The translations under genes were made by a program, and so were the position numbers. From IMG/VR virus record IMGVR_UViG_2823732373_000001, positions 1-64,000 of that record: a stretch of 64,000 nt of DNA. One strand, given 5' to 3'. This DNA is from a virus (taxonomy: Duplodnaviria; Caudoviricetes). Shown piece by piece: positions 1 to 9,322 of the stretch (positions within the stretch are counted from its first letter, which is position 1; every line of letters starts with the position of its first letter). A model generated the notes under the pieces. It did no database searches. It had not been told where the DNA came from and saw only the letters and a program-made list of their open reading frames with translations.

Positions 1-189
1 CTACTCCACATCGGTGATCGGCTTCAACCAATCCACCGCCGCCTCGTCGGGTTGCATCGCTCGCAAGCGCTCGTCGCGCCACAAATCCCATGCAACGTCC
101 TCCAGCACCAGCGGGTCGATCGTGTGCCACTGCTGCTGTAGCCGGTGCGCGCAGGCGGCGATCCAGAGGTTGACTGGCATGCTGTCCAT
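1..189 (-). CDS. Small hypothetical protein
   Basis: ORF MDSMPVNLWIAACAHRL...WLKPITDVE, divergent from 246..509 across the SOS box; start uncertain. Confidence 0.6.
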   Translation of the reverse strand: MDSMPVNLWIAACAHRLQQQWHTIDPLVLEDVAWDLWRDERLRAMQPDEAAVDWLKPITDVE

Positions 190-211
190 GGCTTGCATCC
201 TACCAAAATAA

Positions 212-227
212 CTGTATATTTATCCAG
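212..227. promoter_or_regulatory. LexA (SOS) box
   Basis: CTGTATATTTATCCAG fits CTG-N10-CAG with an AT-rich spacer, between divergent genes. Confidence 0.8.
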
Positions 228-245
228 TACTTTTAAGGAGCTGTT

Positions 246-509
246 ATGCCAAAGAGGACCGTGAAGCCCGAGCAATCGTGGCAATCGAAGTTCGTTCGTG
301 AGTGGCACACCTTAGCCAATGGCGAGGCGGACGTTGAAGAACTCTACGAACGAGCCGCCGCACTCGAACCGAAAAACAGTCACCGAGATCCGGCCATGGT
401 GGCGGCAGAGGACTTCGCCGAAGCCGTCCGCCCGAAGCGCGAGGTGATTCCGGGCTGGACGCCGCCAGCGGCCATGAAGAAGAGTGCCGAGCGCAGACCC
501 GGAAGATGA
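246..509 (+). CDS. Hypothetical protein, probably SOS-regulated
   Basis: AAGGAG RBS before ATG, directly after the SOS box. Confidence 0.7.
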   Translation: MPKRTVKPEQSWQSKFVREWHTLANGEADVEELYERAAALEPKNSHRDPAMVAAEDFAEAVRPKREVIPGWTPPAAMKKSAERRPGR

Positions 510-726
510 AATCGCCGAGCTGGCACGTCAAGCGGGCGAACTCGCTGCAGGTGAGCCCCTCCGTTCGACGCTACTGGTCTTTGCCGAACTGGTGGTTGCT
601 CGGTGTGCACGCATCGGCGACCGCTACGGCGATTGGGGCCAGAACGCCGGCGACCACATCCGCGCGGTGATGTACGGCATCCCCGATCTGCTCCCCAAGA
701 TTCCTGCCGATCGTGAACAGCCATGA
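484..726 (+). CDS. Hypothetical protein
   Basis: Overlapping operon-like ORF; stop overlaps next start (ATGA). Confidence 0.55.
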   Translation: MPSADPEDEIAELARQAGELAAGEPLRSTLLVFAELVVARCARIGDRYGDWGQNAGDHIRAVMYGIPDLLPKIPADREQP

Positions 727-1070
727 GAGTGAAGATGCGCCGTCGGTACCGTGGCGGCACCCAACTGAGTACGCGAGAGTTCGTCGATCAGGCGTGGGCC
801 TGCGGGATGTTGACTCTGCGGGATGTCGAGGGCCGGCCTCAACTCGGTTTGTGGGAAGCGTGCCCGGGCCATAAAGCACCGCCATTGGGCATTCTCTGGC
901 GCCCCGAGGTGGTCGCATGCGCCTACGACACCATCAGCTTCGCGGGGACTGAACAGATTGCCGGGCGATGGTGCTACCAGGTCTGGTTCTGCGAGGTGCG
1001 CGATCTGCCGCAGTCACTCTCCCTGCAAATTCTTCAGATAGCCGTGGACGCAAACCATGAACCAAACTGA
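723..1070 (+). CDS. Hypothetical protein (YQVWFC motif)
   Basis: ATGA coupling, protein-like composition. Confidence 0.6.
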   Translation: MRVKMRRRYRGGTQLSTREFVDQAWACGMLTLRDVEGRPQLGLWEACPGHKAPPLGILWRPEVVACAYDTISFAGTEQIAGRWCYQVWFCEVRDLPQSLSLQILQIAVDANHEPN

Positions 1071-1458
1071 ACTTTTCTTTCCGCAGCCGGTGCCGCAATC
1101 GCAGTTGGTCGCCGCGGCGCAAGAGCAGTCCGAAGACGACGCCCCCTTCGTCTTCGAGAACACCGCGCCAGAACCACAAGTCGCCTACATCACGCGCCTC
1201 GTCGACTACCCGGCAGTCGATGACGCCAGAGTCGCGGAGCAGCGCTTCCGGCGCGAGCTCGACCGGCAGCTTGGTGCCGACGTGGTACCAGCACTGCGTG
1301 CTTTCCAGAACGCAAGTGAATCGGGCGAGAGCGACCTCACAAAAGCCGAGATCGTGCTTGCTCTGCGCTGGGCCAAGGCATATGACGCGGCCAGGACCGC
1401 GGGGTTTCGTGATCTTGGCGACGTCCAAGAGGCTTACTTTGAAGTGCGGCTGATCTGA
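1057..1458 (+). CDS. Hypothetical protein
   Basis: 133-aa ORF with host-like codon usage, overlapping previous gene. Confidence 0.7.
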   Translation: MNQTELFFPQPVPQSQLVAAAQEQSEDDAPFVFENTAPEPQVAYITRLVDYPAVDDARVAEQRFRRELDRQLGADVVPALRAFQNASESGESDLTKAEIVLALRWAKAYDAARTAGFRDLGDVQEAYFEVRLI

Positions 1459-1566
1459 AGGCCAGAGATATCGCTGGAAACTTTTCGGATGGTGATTAAC
1501 AAGTCTCAGCGAGGAGCTCGGTCGGCCAGTAAGCATCGCGCAACCACAGCCATCAATCGAATCCAG

Positions 1567-2121
1567 CTAGTTCGCTGAAGCACACGCCGACGATATTTGA
1601 TTGCGCTTACTCAAGCGTCGGTCTGCTTGCAGGGACTTCTTTCGCACGGGATTTACCGCGCCAAAGCCAAATTCACGCTCCGAAGTGTATGGCACCACTT
1701 GACCATCAACCTCCAAATTAAACCCAAGTAATCCAAATGACGGCGAAAACATGAATTCAAGTTTTCGATCATTCTGAGTGCTTGATATTTTGTACACTTC
1801 ACGGCAAATCCCAAATACACGAACTACCGAGAAACTAGCAATCCTATACACAGAACCTTCGGAACTCCACTCCATCAAATCATCAGGACGGTTTTTTGGA
1901 ATTGAAAAAGAAAACCAATCGCTTTTGAAACAGGAAAAATCACCTCCCCTGCAAAAAGTTGCATCAATGGCTCGATCATTGGAAGCTACTAGCGGAGGAT
2001 CAGTTTGAATCGTGATGAGCGGCCTGTTTCCCAAAAAGCTGCTGTACTCGAAGGAATCTGCATAAACAGACTGAGCTATCAGCCCGAAAACAACTGCAAA
2101 ACAACACCGGATATTTAGCAT
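1567..2121 (-). CDS. Putative Rhs immunity protein with signal peptide
   Basis: ATG overlaps Rhs stop (ATGCTAA); low GC; N-terminus MLNIRCCFAVVFGLIAQSVYA. Confidence 0.7.
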   Translation of the reverse strand: MLNIRCCFAVVFGLIAQSVYADSFEYSSFLGNRPLITIQTDPPLVASNDRAIDATFCRGGDFSCFKSDWFSFSIPKNRPDDLMEWSSEGSVYRIASFSVVRVFGICREVYKISSTQNDRKLEFMFSPSFGLLGFNLEVDGQVVPYTSEREFGFGAVNPVRKKSLQADRRLSKRNQISSACASAN

Positions 2122-5100
2122 TCGCATTCGCCTTTCCAAAACTGTTCGGCCCATCTGTCTGCATCAATCTCCCCTTCCACTTTTGCGGGATCTCTTGCTT
2201 CGTCCCCTGGGCGATGTAGGCGATTATTACCCTCCATCAAGTGACGAAATTCGTGAGCAAATACGTCGCCTTGAGATGGATTTCGGCCTCGACCTGTATC
2301 AAAAAATAGCTTGTTAAATTGTGAAAATTGGCCATTGAAATTTGTAATGGCATACGTTCCTCTCGAACGTTTTAGTGGATCGTTTATATTCGGATCCAAA
2401 AAAATCCGCCAGCGATCAAATTTCTCCAAAAGCTTGGGGCAAGTCTTAGCGAGTTTCTCCCTCATAGCCGAGTTTGCATCGAGCAGATCTTTATATTTTT
2501 TGGCGGCCGCCATACGTTCCCCAAAAGTTGCTCCAGGCAAATCAATTTGCGCCAATCCAAGTGGATCAAATCCACGTAAGGCATTGCTCCCCACGTACCC
2601 GAACCGATTTCCCCCTCCATTTAACCCAATCGGATCTGGCTGGCTATATCTCCCCGTCCTTGCGTCGTAGCTTCTCCAGTAGTTGTAGAACAATCCCGAT
2701 TCCTCATCCGCGTACTGCCCCGGATACCTCAGGTTGAACTTCACCTCCGAGATGCCGGTCGTCCCCGGATTCGGCGTCCCTTCCAGATTCGCAAACCGGT
2801 TCTTTGCAATCGTCGGCTTGTCTTCTCCGAATGCGCTGTAGCTCCACTGCCAGACCGCTTGCCCGTTTGCGTTCGTGAGCCTGCGCGGCGTGTTCAGGTG
2901 ATCGCTGTGCACTGCATACATGGCGCCGTCGATCACCGCCGCAATCGGCATCGGCCCGTTGGCCGTGGGCAGGTAGATGTACTGCGCTTGGCCCGCGCTG
3001 TTCGCTCCACCGCTGCCCGCCTCCGCGATGAGGGTGCCCTGCGCGTCGTAGACATATGCGTAGCCCAGCTGCTCGGCCGGCGTGGTCGACGGGCTCCACA
3101 GCTTGGTGAAGAACGCGATCAGGCTCTGCATGAAGCCCGGGTCGGCCTCGTCGCCCTGGCTGGGCGGGTACAGCGGCTCGGTCTTGAAGACACGCTGGCC
3201 CAGCGCGTTGTGCGCGTAGCGCGTGGTCGGACTGGTGTCGGTAGAGCCGGTGGTGGAGGCAGCCAAGCGCCCCTCGGCGTCGTAGGCGAAGCTGCGCAGG
3301 CCATCGCTGAGCAGATCGCCGTTCGCGTTGTAGCCGTAGGTCACGCTGGTGCTACTCGCGCCGTTGATGCTCTGGGTGAAGCCCGCTAGGCGGTTACCAT
3401 TCGCGGCGGATGTGTAGTTGCGTGTGGTCGTCTGACCATTGGCCACCTTGTCGCTGACGGTGCGGTTGTCATTGGCGTCGTATCCAAAGGTGCTGCTGGT
3501 ACTTCCACCGACCACGCCGCCACTCGTGACATCGAATCTGGCAATGCGCCCTGCCTTGTCATAGCTCACGCCCCAGGTCGTATTAACGCTCGCAATGGTG
3601 CCGTGTGAAGGGTCAACATCGGCTGGACCATAGAGGAACTGTGTGAGGCTCGTGACGCGGCCTGCAACATCGTAAACGTAGCTGCCGATCTCCGAAGTCG
3701 TCAAGCGTCCAGCCGTGTCATAGTTGCGACTGGCCGCAAGTTTCGGGCTCCCACTGGTGAACGCCCAAGTCCAGCCCGTGGGCTGCCCCAGTGGGTTCCA
3801 CGTGATGTTGCTGACTAGTGGCGTGCCGTTCCAGTTCAGGCCTATCAGACGGCCGGTAGCGTCATAGACATGCGTCAGTACCACCCCGTTTGGATAGCCG
3901 ATGCTCGCCAGCGTGCCATTGACGTTGTAGGTATAACTCACCTGCTGCATCACGCCGTTGGCTAATGTCTGTTTTTTGAGCGTCACACGGCCGAAGGTGT
4001 CGCGCGTGTACTCGGTGGTACCGCTGCGGTCGACGATCTCTGAAAGGTAGCCCTTGCTATTGGCCGTAAGGTCGTAGCGCAGCGTGGTGGTCTTGCCATC
4101 AGCGAAGACAAGGCTTGTGGGTCGCCCCAAGGCATCGCGCGTGATGGTCGTCGCTTGGCCAAGGGCGTCGACGATTTGGCTGGGCAGGCCTAAATTGTCA
4201 TATTGCGTGGTTGCTCCTCCTGTATCAACGCTGCCCTCTGTGAGGGCATTGCCCTGGGCATCGCGAGCATAAGTAGTAGTGACTCCTTTAAAGTCTGTGG
4301 CTTCAGTAATGCCGTCGAGGGAGTTGTACTTCAAGCTCGCGGTCCTATACGAACCGGTGTTAATCGACGCAATGCGACGAAGGTTGTCTCGCCCAAAGTT
4401 CGTCGATTCTCTCTCCCCACTGGTGGAATCGATCACGGTAAACCATCCACTGAAATCCCCATTCGGGTCATAGCTAAAATTTCGACGTTGATCAGCTCCT
4501 TCAATCTGCGTCGCGAGGCGGTTGACGTCGTTAAAGTAGCGCGCAATATTGAGGGCGATTGCGCCGGAGCCGTCCTTGATCTGCTCGGCAATTCGGTTAC
4601 CCATCCCGTCAAGGGTGAAACTGCCACTTTCGCCCCGATTGCTACTCCAACCAATGAGACGATGAGCCGCATCGTAGGCATAAGTCAAAACGAGACCTGA
4701 GGGCATTGCAATCGTCTCGACGCTGCCGAAAGGTTTATAGGTCAGCGTGGTGGTTTCGCCGCCGATTGTCTGAGTCAGCAAATGATCGCGAGCGTCATAG
4801 GTGTAGGTAGTGACAAGGCCGCTGGGTTCGGTCTGACTCACCACGCGATTGGCGAGGTCGTAGGTGTAGCTCGTAACGTGGCCAAGCGTGTTAGTGCTGC
4901 TAAGGACGTTTCCTCGAAGATCGTAGGTGTAGCTCGTGATGGCACCGTTGGGCTCGGTGGCGGTCTCGACCAATTGCTGAGCGTTGTAGGTCCACTTCCA
5001 ATTCAGCACCTTGTTGGTAGCGGTATCGGTGACGGTGCGAGTCAGGACATTACCGACGGCATCGTGAGTGAAGGCGTTCGCGCGGCCCGATTCGGTAACC

Positions 5101-6734
5101 AGTACGGGAAGATTGAAAATGGGGTGCCATTGCGTCACGGTGGTCTGAGCTTCGGGCTTTCCGGAAGCTCGGGTCACGGTAAGTGGGAGGCGACGCCCAA
5201 CGTCCCACGTAGTGGTTGTGACAACGTAGTTAAAGTCGGTCTCGGAAGTAGTAAGGCCATTGTTGTCCAACACGCGCCTCATCGCATCCGGCTCTCCTCC
5301 ACCCGACATACGACTAGCGGCCGTGACCGCCAGTCGATCGTTTTTGTTGGTATAGGTATAGTCGCGACCGGGACCGATAGGATCGGTGACGTATGCACCA
5401 GTCAGGGTGGGGTAGCTGACCGTATAGCGGTTAACGCCACCGGCTAATTCAGTGGAAATTGCGCGGCCCTGACTGTCGTATGTAAAAGTACCCCATCGAA
5501 CGCCGCTTTCGTCCGTGATGCCGGTCAGCGCCTGAGGGAAACTCGTATTCTCATAATGAAACAGGCGTGTTTTACCGTCGGCATATCCGACAACCGCAAG
5601 CCGCTTTTGCGCATCGTAGCCATAGGTAATGGTGCGACCATCTGGCGTTGCGATTCCAACCAAAAGGTCATCGGCACCGTAACTAAAATTAAGTTGCCGG
5701 CCAAAAGGATTGGTTACGCTCGAAATCCGTCCTGAGGCGTCGTAAGCATAGGTTGTAACCCAACCACTGCGCAAAGCAATCGACTTCAGTCGGCCATTGC
5801 CTCTATCGAAGCTATAAGTGGTTTCGTTTTCCGCGCGTCGCCAAATCCAAACGGTCCCGTCGTCACTAAGACTGTCATTGCTATAGGCGGTTCGCCAGCC
5901 ACCTTCCATCGAACCTTTAACAAATACTTTCTGATATCCCTCCGGCGAATCAATGACCATAGCGCCGGGATTAAAGTCAGACTCCGGGTGTATTTTCCAA
6001 GCATGATTGTGAGTCCACGAATCGCCCAGATTGCCCCACTGACGTTCCCCATTTCGCCCCCAATTACTCCTGTAAGTCCTGGAAAACTGAAGTGCAGCGG
6101 GAGCCTTGTCGATCCAATCCGTTTCTGAACGGTACTTCTCCGCACTCGCTGGCAATATTGGTTGTCCAACAAGAGACCCCGCCCCTATAAGACACATCTG
6201 CGAATTTTTTGCTTCGGGACGTGCCGAGTAGTCGAGACAATCTGCGTAAACCGAAAATACGGCCGCATCTTCAACGATTTTCTCGCGAAGCTGTCCCGCA
6301 CAACTCCACCCCAAATGTAGCTGCGTGCCGCCTCGCCCAGAGGTAACAGTATGATTACCATTTGGAGATCCGCCGCTCGGGGGGTAATAGGTTTCTGTTA
6401 CTTGCCAAAAGTCCACTGTTCCTGGAAGCCCATTAAAAAAACTAACTTTGGTGCTATATGGGCCCACTGCCGGCTGCGGATTGCTAATTTGCGAATTCAC
6501 GCATACTTCGCTGCTAGAAACCTGGGTGTGCCTAACCATGCATTCGTCAAAACTTTGTTGCTGCCCCACGTTTATCGTTGACATGTGCGTCTCTATCGAG
6601 GGCACTTTAAGACCCTGGTAGAATCCGTAAGAATAAGTAATGGGTTTAATTTTTTGGCCCGCAGCGGGGAAACTCCAATAGAAAAACGATATGGCCAATA
6701 AGGCCAGCGCCCTCCGCATATATATTTTCTTCAT
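2115..6734 (-). CDS. rhs: Rhs/YD-repeat polymorphic toxin with signal peptide and C-terminal HEXXH metallopeptidase-like domain
   Basis: Many YD repeats, HSDHLNTPR, LRYPGQY, PDPIGL...DPLGL core end; tip contains HEFRH and EIDAD. Confidence 0.93.
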   Translation of the reverse strand: MKKIYMRRALALLAISFFYWSFPAAGQKIKPITYSYGFYQGLKVPSIETHMSTINVGQQQSFDECMVRHTQVSSSEVCVNSQISNPQPAVGPYSTKVSFFNGLPGTVDFWQVTETYYPPSGGSPNGNHTVTSGRGGTQLHLGWSCAGQLREKIVEDAAVFSVYADCLDYSARPEAKNSQMCLIGAGSLVGQPILPASAEKYRSETDWIDKAPAALQFSRTYRSNWGRNGERQWGNLGDSWTHNHAWKIHPESDFNPGAMVIDSPEGYQKVFVKGSMEGGWRTAYSNDSLSDDGTVWIWRRAENETTYSFDRGNGRLKSIALRSGWVTTYAYDASGRISSVTNPFGRQLNFSYGADDLLVGIATPDGRTITYGYDAQKRLAVVGYADGKTRLFHYENTSFPQALTGITDESGVRWGTFTYDSQGRAISTELAGGVNRYTVSYPTLTGAYVTDPIGPGRDYTYTNKNDRLAVTAASRMSGGGEPDAMRRVLDNNGLTTSETDFNYVVTTTTWDVGRRLPLTVTRASGKPEAQTTVTQWHPIFNLPVLVTESGRANAFTHDAVGNVLTRTVTDTATNKVLNWKWTYNAQQLVETATEPNGAITSYTYDLRGNVLSSTNTLGHVTSYTYDLANRVVSQTEPSGLVTTYTYDARDHLLTQTIGGETTTLTYKPFGSVETIAMPSGLVLTYAYDAAHRLIGWSSNRGESGSFTLDGMGNRIAEQIKDGSGAIALNIARYFNDVNRLATQIEGADQRRNFSYDPNGDFSGWFTVIDSTSGERESTNFGRDNLRRIASINTGSYRTASLKYNSLDGITEATDFKGVTTTYARDAQGNALTEGSVDTGGATTQYDNLGLPSQIVDALGQATTITRDALGRPTSLVFADGKTTTLRYDLTANSKGYLSEIVDRSGTTEYTRDTFGRVTLKKQTLANGVMQQVSYTYNVNGTLASIGYPNGVVLTHVYDATGRLIGLNWNGTPLVSNITWNPLGQPTGWTWAFTSGSPKLAASRNYDTAGRLTTSEIGSYVYDVAGRVTSLTQFLYGPADVDPSHGTIASVNTTWGVSYDKAGRIARFDVTSGGVVGGSTSSTFGYDANDNRTVSDKVANGQTTTRNYTSAANGNRLAGFTQSINGASSTSVTYGYNANGDLLSDGLRSFAYDAEGRLAASTTGSTDTSPTTRYAHNALGQRVFKTEPLYPPSQGDEADPGFMQSLIAFFTKLWSPSTTPAEQLGYAYVYDAQGTLIAEAGSGGANSAGQAQYIYLPTANGPMPIAAVIDGAMYAVHSDHLNTPRRLTNANGQAVWQWSYSAFGEDKPTIAKNRFANLEGTPNPGTTGISEVKFNLRYPGQYADEESGLFYNYWRSYDARTGRYSQPDPIGLNGGGNRFGYVGSNALRGFDPLGLAQIDLPGATFGERMAAAKKYKDLLDANSAMREKLAKTCPKLLEKFDRWRIFLDPNINDPLKRSRGTYAITNFNGQFSQFNKLFFDTGRGRNPSQGDVFAHEFRHLMEGNNRLHRPGDEARDPAKVEGEIDADRWAEQFWKGECEC

Positions 6735-7019
6735 GCCAACATCAAATAATTAATTTCTATAAACTGTTCACGACCGTTGAGAACCTCAAGTCGAATCTCC
6801 TCAATCGATCAAATCGAGCACGGAAACGCGAAGTAACTGAAAATATCATTTTTGATAAGCTGAAGCAAAGTGAATTCCGATTGAATAGCAATTGGTAGAA
6901 CCAAAGATATCTAGGCCCACGAGCATTTCGTCGCTTCAAAGAGACAATGCGCACTTATGGATTAACGATCAACGCGAATAAAAGCATCACTCGCGTTGAA
7001 TAGTCCGCGCGCCTCGGGG

Positions 7020-7574
7020 CTACGGCTCCATCGATGCCCTGTCAACGTCGATCTGCGCCCTCAGGGCTTTGACTTCAGAGTCGCGGCGAGTGACGATGCT
7101 GCGAGCTTCTTCCTGAAGGTCTGCAGATCGAGCAAGTAGTTCTCCTGCCTCGCCAAAAAGGCTGTCGACGGTGTCGGGTCGATCTCCAGGATTTCCTGCG
7201 CCAGCGGCGTCGGTTTCGGCCGCTGTGCGATCACGGGCGGTGAAGGCCGCGAAGGCATCGCGCAGCCCATCAGCGAGCTGGCCATTGAGGCGCTCAGCAG
7301 CGCGGCGAGCCGCAGTCTCTTTCGCAAGTACATGGGTGAGTCCTTGTTGTGCGGCCGCGTGCGCAGCCATCTTCTCGGAAGTACGCAGCGCATCGGTGAG
7401 TGCCACCCGATTGCGATCGGCCTCCAGCCGTGCTGCTGCAGCGCGCGTGTCGGCGAGATCCCTGCCTGAGTCGGTCAGACGCAGCGTCTGAACCACAGTC
7501 GCGCCCGCGAGCACGACGATGAGACCCCCGGCAAGGTAAACCTTGGCCGCGTCGAACCAGGCAAGCGGGCTCAT
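7020..7574 (-). CDS. Inner-membrane spanin (Rz-like)
   Basis: N-terminal TM helix then Ala/Arg-rich coiled coil; downstream of endolysin. Confidence 0.8.
   Translation of the reverse strand: MSPLAWFDAAKVYLAGGLIVVLAGATVVQTLRLTDSGRDLADTRAAAARLEADRNRVALTDALRTSEKMAAHAAAQQGLTHVLAKETAARRAAERLNGQLADGLRDAFAAFTARDRTAAETDAAGAGNPGDRPDTVDSLFGEAGELLARSADLQEEARSIVTRRDSEVKALRAQIDVDRASMEP
7061..7333 (-). CDS. Outer-membrane spanin lipoprotein (Rz1-like), embedded in the Rz-like gene
   Basis: AAGGA RBS, signal with lipobox LMG-C, Pro-rich mature part, alternate frame. Confidence 0.8.
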   Translation of the reverse strand: MYLRKRLRLAALLSASMASSLMGCAMPSRPSPPVIAQRPKPTPLAQEILEIDPTPSTAFLARQENYLLDLQTFRKKLAASSLAATLKSKP

Positions 7575-7614
7575 CTCGTACCGCCCCGGCGCCCACTGCT
7601 TGGATTTGCTCTTT

Positions 7615-7998
7615 TCATTCTTCTTGTGGCTCTGTTGTTGGATGGGCGCGCAGCCTAGAGTCGTCGAATCGCGAGGGGAATCCCAGGGCGCACATGAGCT
7701 CGGCGAACTCAAGCGCTGGAAGATCGCCGCGCGCTCGATTGGCAAAGTTGCTGGCCCAGACAACGTTGTCGACCGTGTAGCCACAATCGACTCGCAAGCG
7801 ATCGACAGACGGGCGCATCGGATGACGCGGGACCGGCTGGTCGAAGCTGATGGGAAGGCCAGTCCAGAAGCAAAGACCGCCCTGCTCCAACCAGAGCCGT
7901 CCGAGCAAGGCCGCGCTCAGTTCGAAAGGAATGTCACGGTCCCGCGCCCGCCGACGCGCGTAGCGAGCAAAGTCAGTGAACTGCCTGCTGCTGGCCAA
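7615..7998 (-). CDS. HNH-like endonuclease
   Basis: CFWTG...SVDR...GYTVDNV......N pattern of beta-beta-alpha-Me nucleases. Confidence 0.6.
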   Translation of the reverse strand: MASSRQFTDFARYARRRARDRDIPFELSAALLGRLWLEQGGLCFWTGLPISFDQPVPRHPMRPSVDRLRVDCGYTVDNVVWASNFANRARGDLPALEFAELMCALGFPSRFDDSRLRAHPTTEPQEE

Positions 7999-8002
7999 CG
8001 CC

Positions 8003-8614
8003 TCAACTACTTTTCTCGAACGAGGCCTTGAGACGCTTGTCGTAGGCGTGGACTGATTGCGCAGAGCCGTTGTAGAACTCAGCGAACGGTGTCCAGTTGC
8101 CTGTTGTCACGGCAGCCTTCAACGCCTTCCAGCCCTTGCCGCCACGGTCGTACATGACGAACTCGACGAACGCCTTTAGATGCGCTGGCTCGCCCGAGTA
8201 CATCGCATTGATGAAGTCCTGCAGGCTCGAAAACCCCGCGGCCGCATAGTTCTCACCCATGATCTGAAAGCCGCCCCAGCTTGCGCTCATCAGCGCAGCC
8301 GAGCGGGACAACGCGACTGCGGCAGCAAGCCGGGCGTGCTCGCGCTCGTTGCGCTGGTTGTCGTCTTTGCCCTTGGCGTAGAACTCTCGTGTCCACCTCG
8401 GATAGCTCAGGGAAGGATTTGACTTGTCGTACTTGCCGCCAGTCAGCCGATGGAATACGTGACCCTCAAACAGGATTCGGGGGAAGCCTTGCGCATCGAA
8501 GCTCCCTGACGGAGTCTCGACCTCGAGCACCGCGCGCACTGCGGCAACGGGAATTCCGAGAGTGGCAGCCGCTGCCTTCAGGTGGTCAGGGGTGATCTGT
8601 TCTCGAGTGCTCAC
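8003..8614 (-). CDS. Endolysin, N-acetylmuramidase (DUF3380-type)
   Basis: AVLEVE, ILFEGHVF, ASWGGFQIMGEN, FYNG motifs; GTG start overlapping upstream stop. Confidence 0.88.
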   Translation of the reverse strand: MSTREQITPDHLKAAAATLGIPVAAVRAVLEVETPSGSFDAQGFPRILFEGHVFHRLTGGKYDKSNPSLSYPRWTREFYAKGKDDNQRNEREHARLAAAVALSRSAALMSASWGGFQIMGENYAAAGFSSLQDFINAMYSGEPAHLKAFVEFVMYDRGGKGWKALKAAVTTGNWTPFAEFYNGSAQSVHAYDKRLKASFEKSS

Positions 8615-8868
8615 GATTTTCTCCGTTGTTGCCAATGCTTCAACATCGAGCCGAGGCCATAGATGGCGCAGCCGAGCACGAGCAAGAGGTGCGCCCTGGG
8701 GGCGCCGTTGTGTGTGAGGTAGAGGTTTGCAGCTTCTGCGGCCCCGCCGACCGCGATGAGGCCAAGGCCGGCGCACTGAGTCATCGAGTCATGGAAGTTC
8801 GGCGTCAACGCAGCTGCGACCGCAAGCGCTACCAAAAGCGAGATCGCGATGAGGTAGAGCTGGCTCAT
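8611..8868 (-). CDS. Small 3-TM lysis membrane protein (holin/antiholin)
   Basis: Three hydrophobic segments, basic C-terminus, between holin and endolysin. Confidence 0.7.
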   Translation of the reverse strand: MSQLYLIAISLLVALAVAAALTPNFHDSMTQCAGLGLIAVGGAAEAANLYLTHNGAPRAHLLLVLGCAIYGLGSMLKHWQQRRKS

Positions 8869-8869
8869 A

Positions 8870-9193
8870 TCAGGCCTTCCATTTGCGAGATACCCATTTG
8901 CGCAGGTCCGCCGCGATCTGCTTCGAGTCCAGCATCTGGATGACCTCGTATGCCTTGGCCACCAGCGCCATTCCGAAGAGACCCACGAGATAGCCAACGA
9001 GACCCTCGTTGCGGGGAGTGTTCAGCCAGGTAGACAGGGGTGTAGCAGCGAAATAGGAGAAGGCGGCACCGCCTGCAGCCATGGTGAGCTTCTCAGGCCA
9101 GGTCCCTTTCAGGAATCTGGTGGAAGTAAGCGCTCCAGCAACCCCGGCTGCTAGCTTGGCGATGCTGATGTCGCTGAGTTGGTCGGGCGGCAT
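8870..9193 (-). CDS. Holin
   Basis: Small multi-TM protein with GYLVGLFGM and basic tail, first gene of the lysis cassette. Confidence 0.75.
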   Translation of the reverse strand: MPPDQLSDISIAKLAAGVAGALTSTRFLKGTWPEKLTMAAGGAAFSYFAATPLSTWLNTPRNEGLVGYLVGLFGMALVAKAYEVIQMLDSKQIAADLRKWVSRKWKA

Positions 9194-9322
9194 GCGCGGG
9201 TTCCTGCGTGTTCGGAGTTCCAAACGACCCCGTATTGCGACGCATACTGGAAGTGACAATCGACGAACTCAATCCCCGCCCGCATTGATAAGCTCAGCCC
9301 TCAAACTCCCTGGAATGAAACG

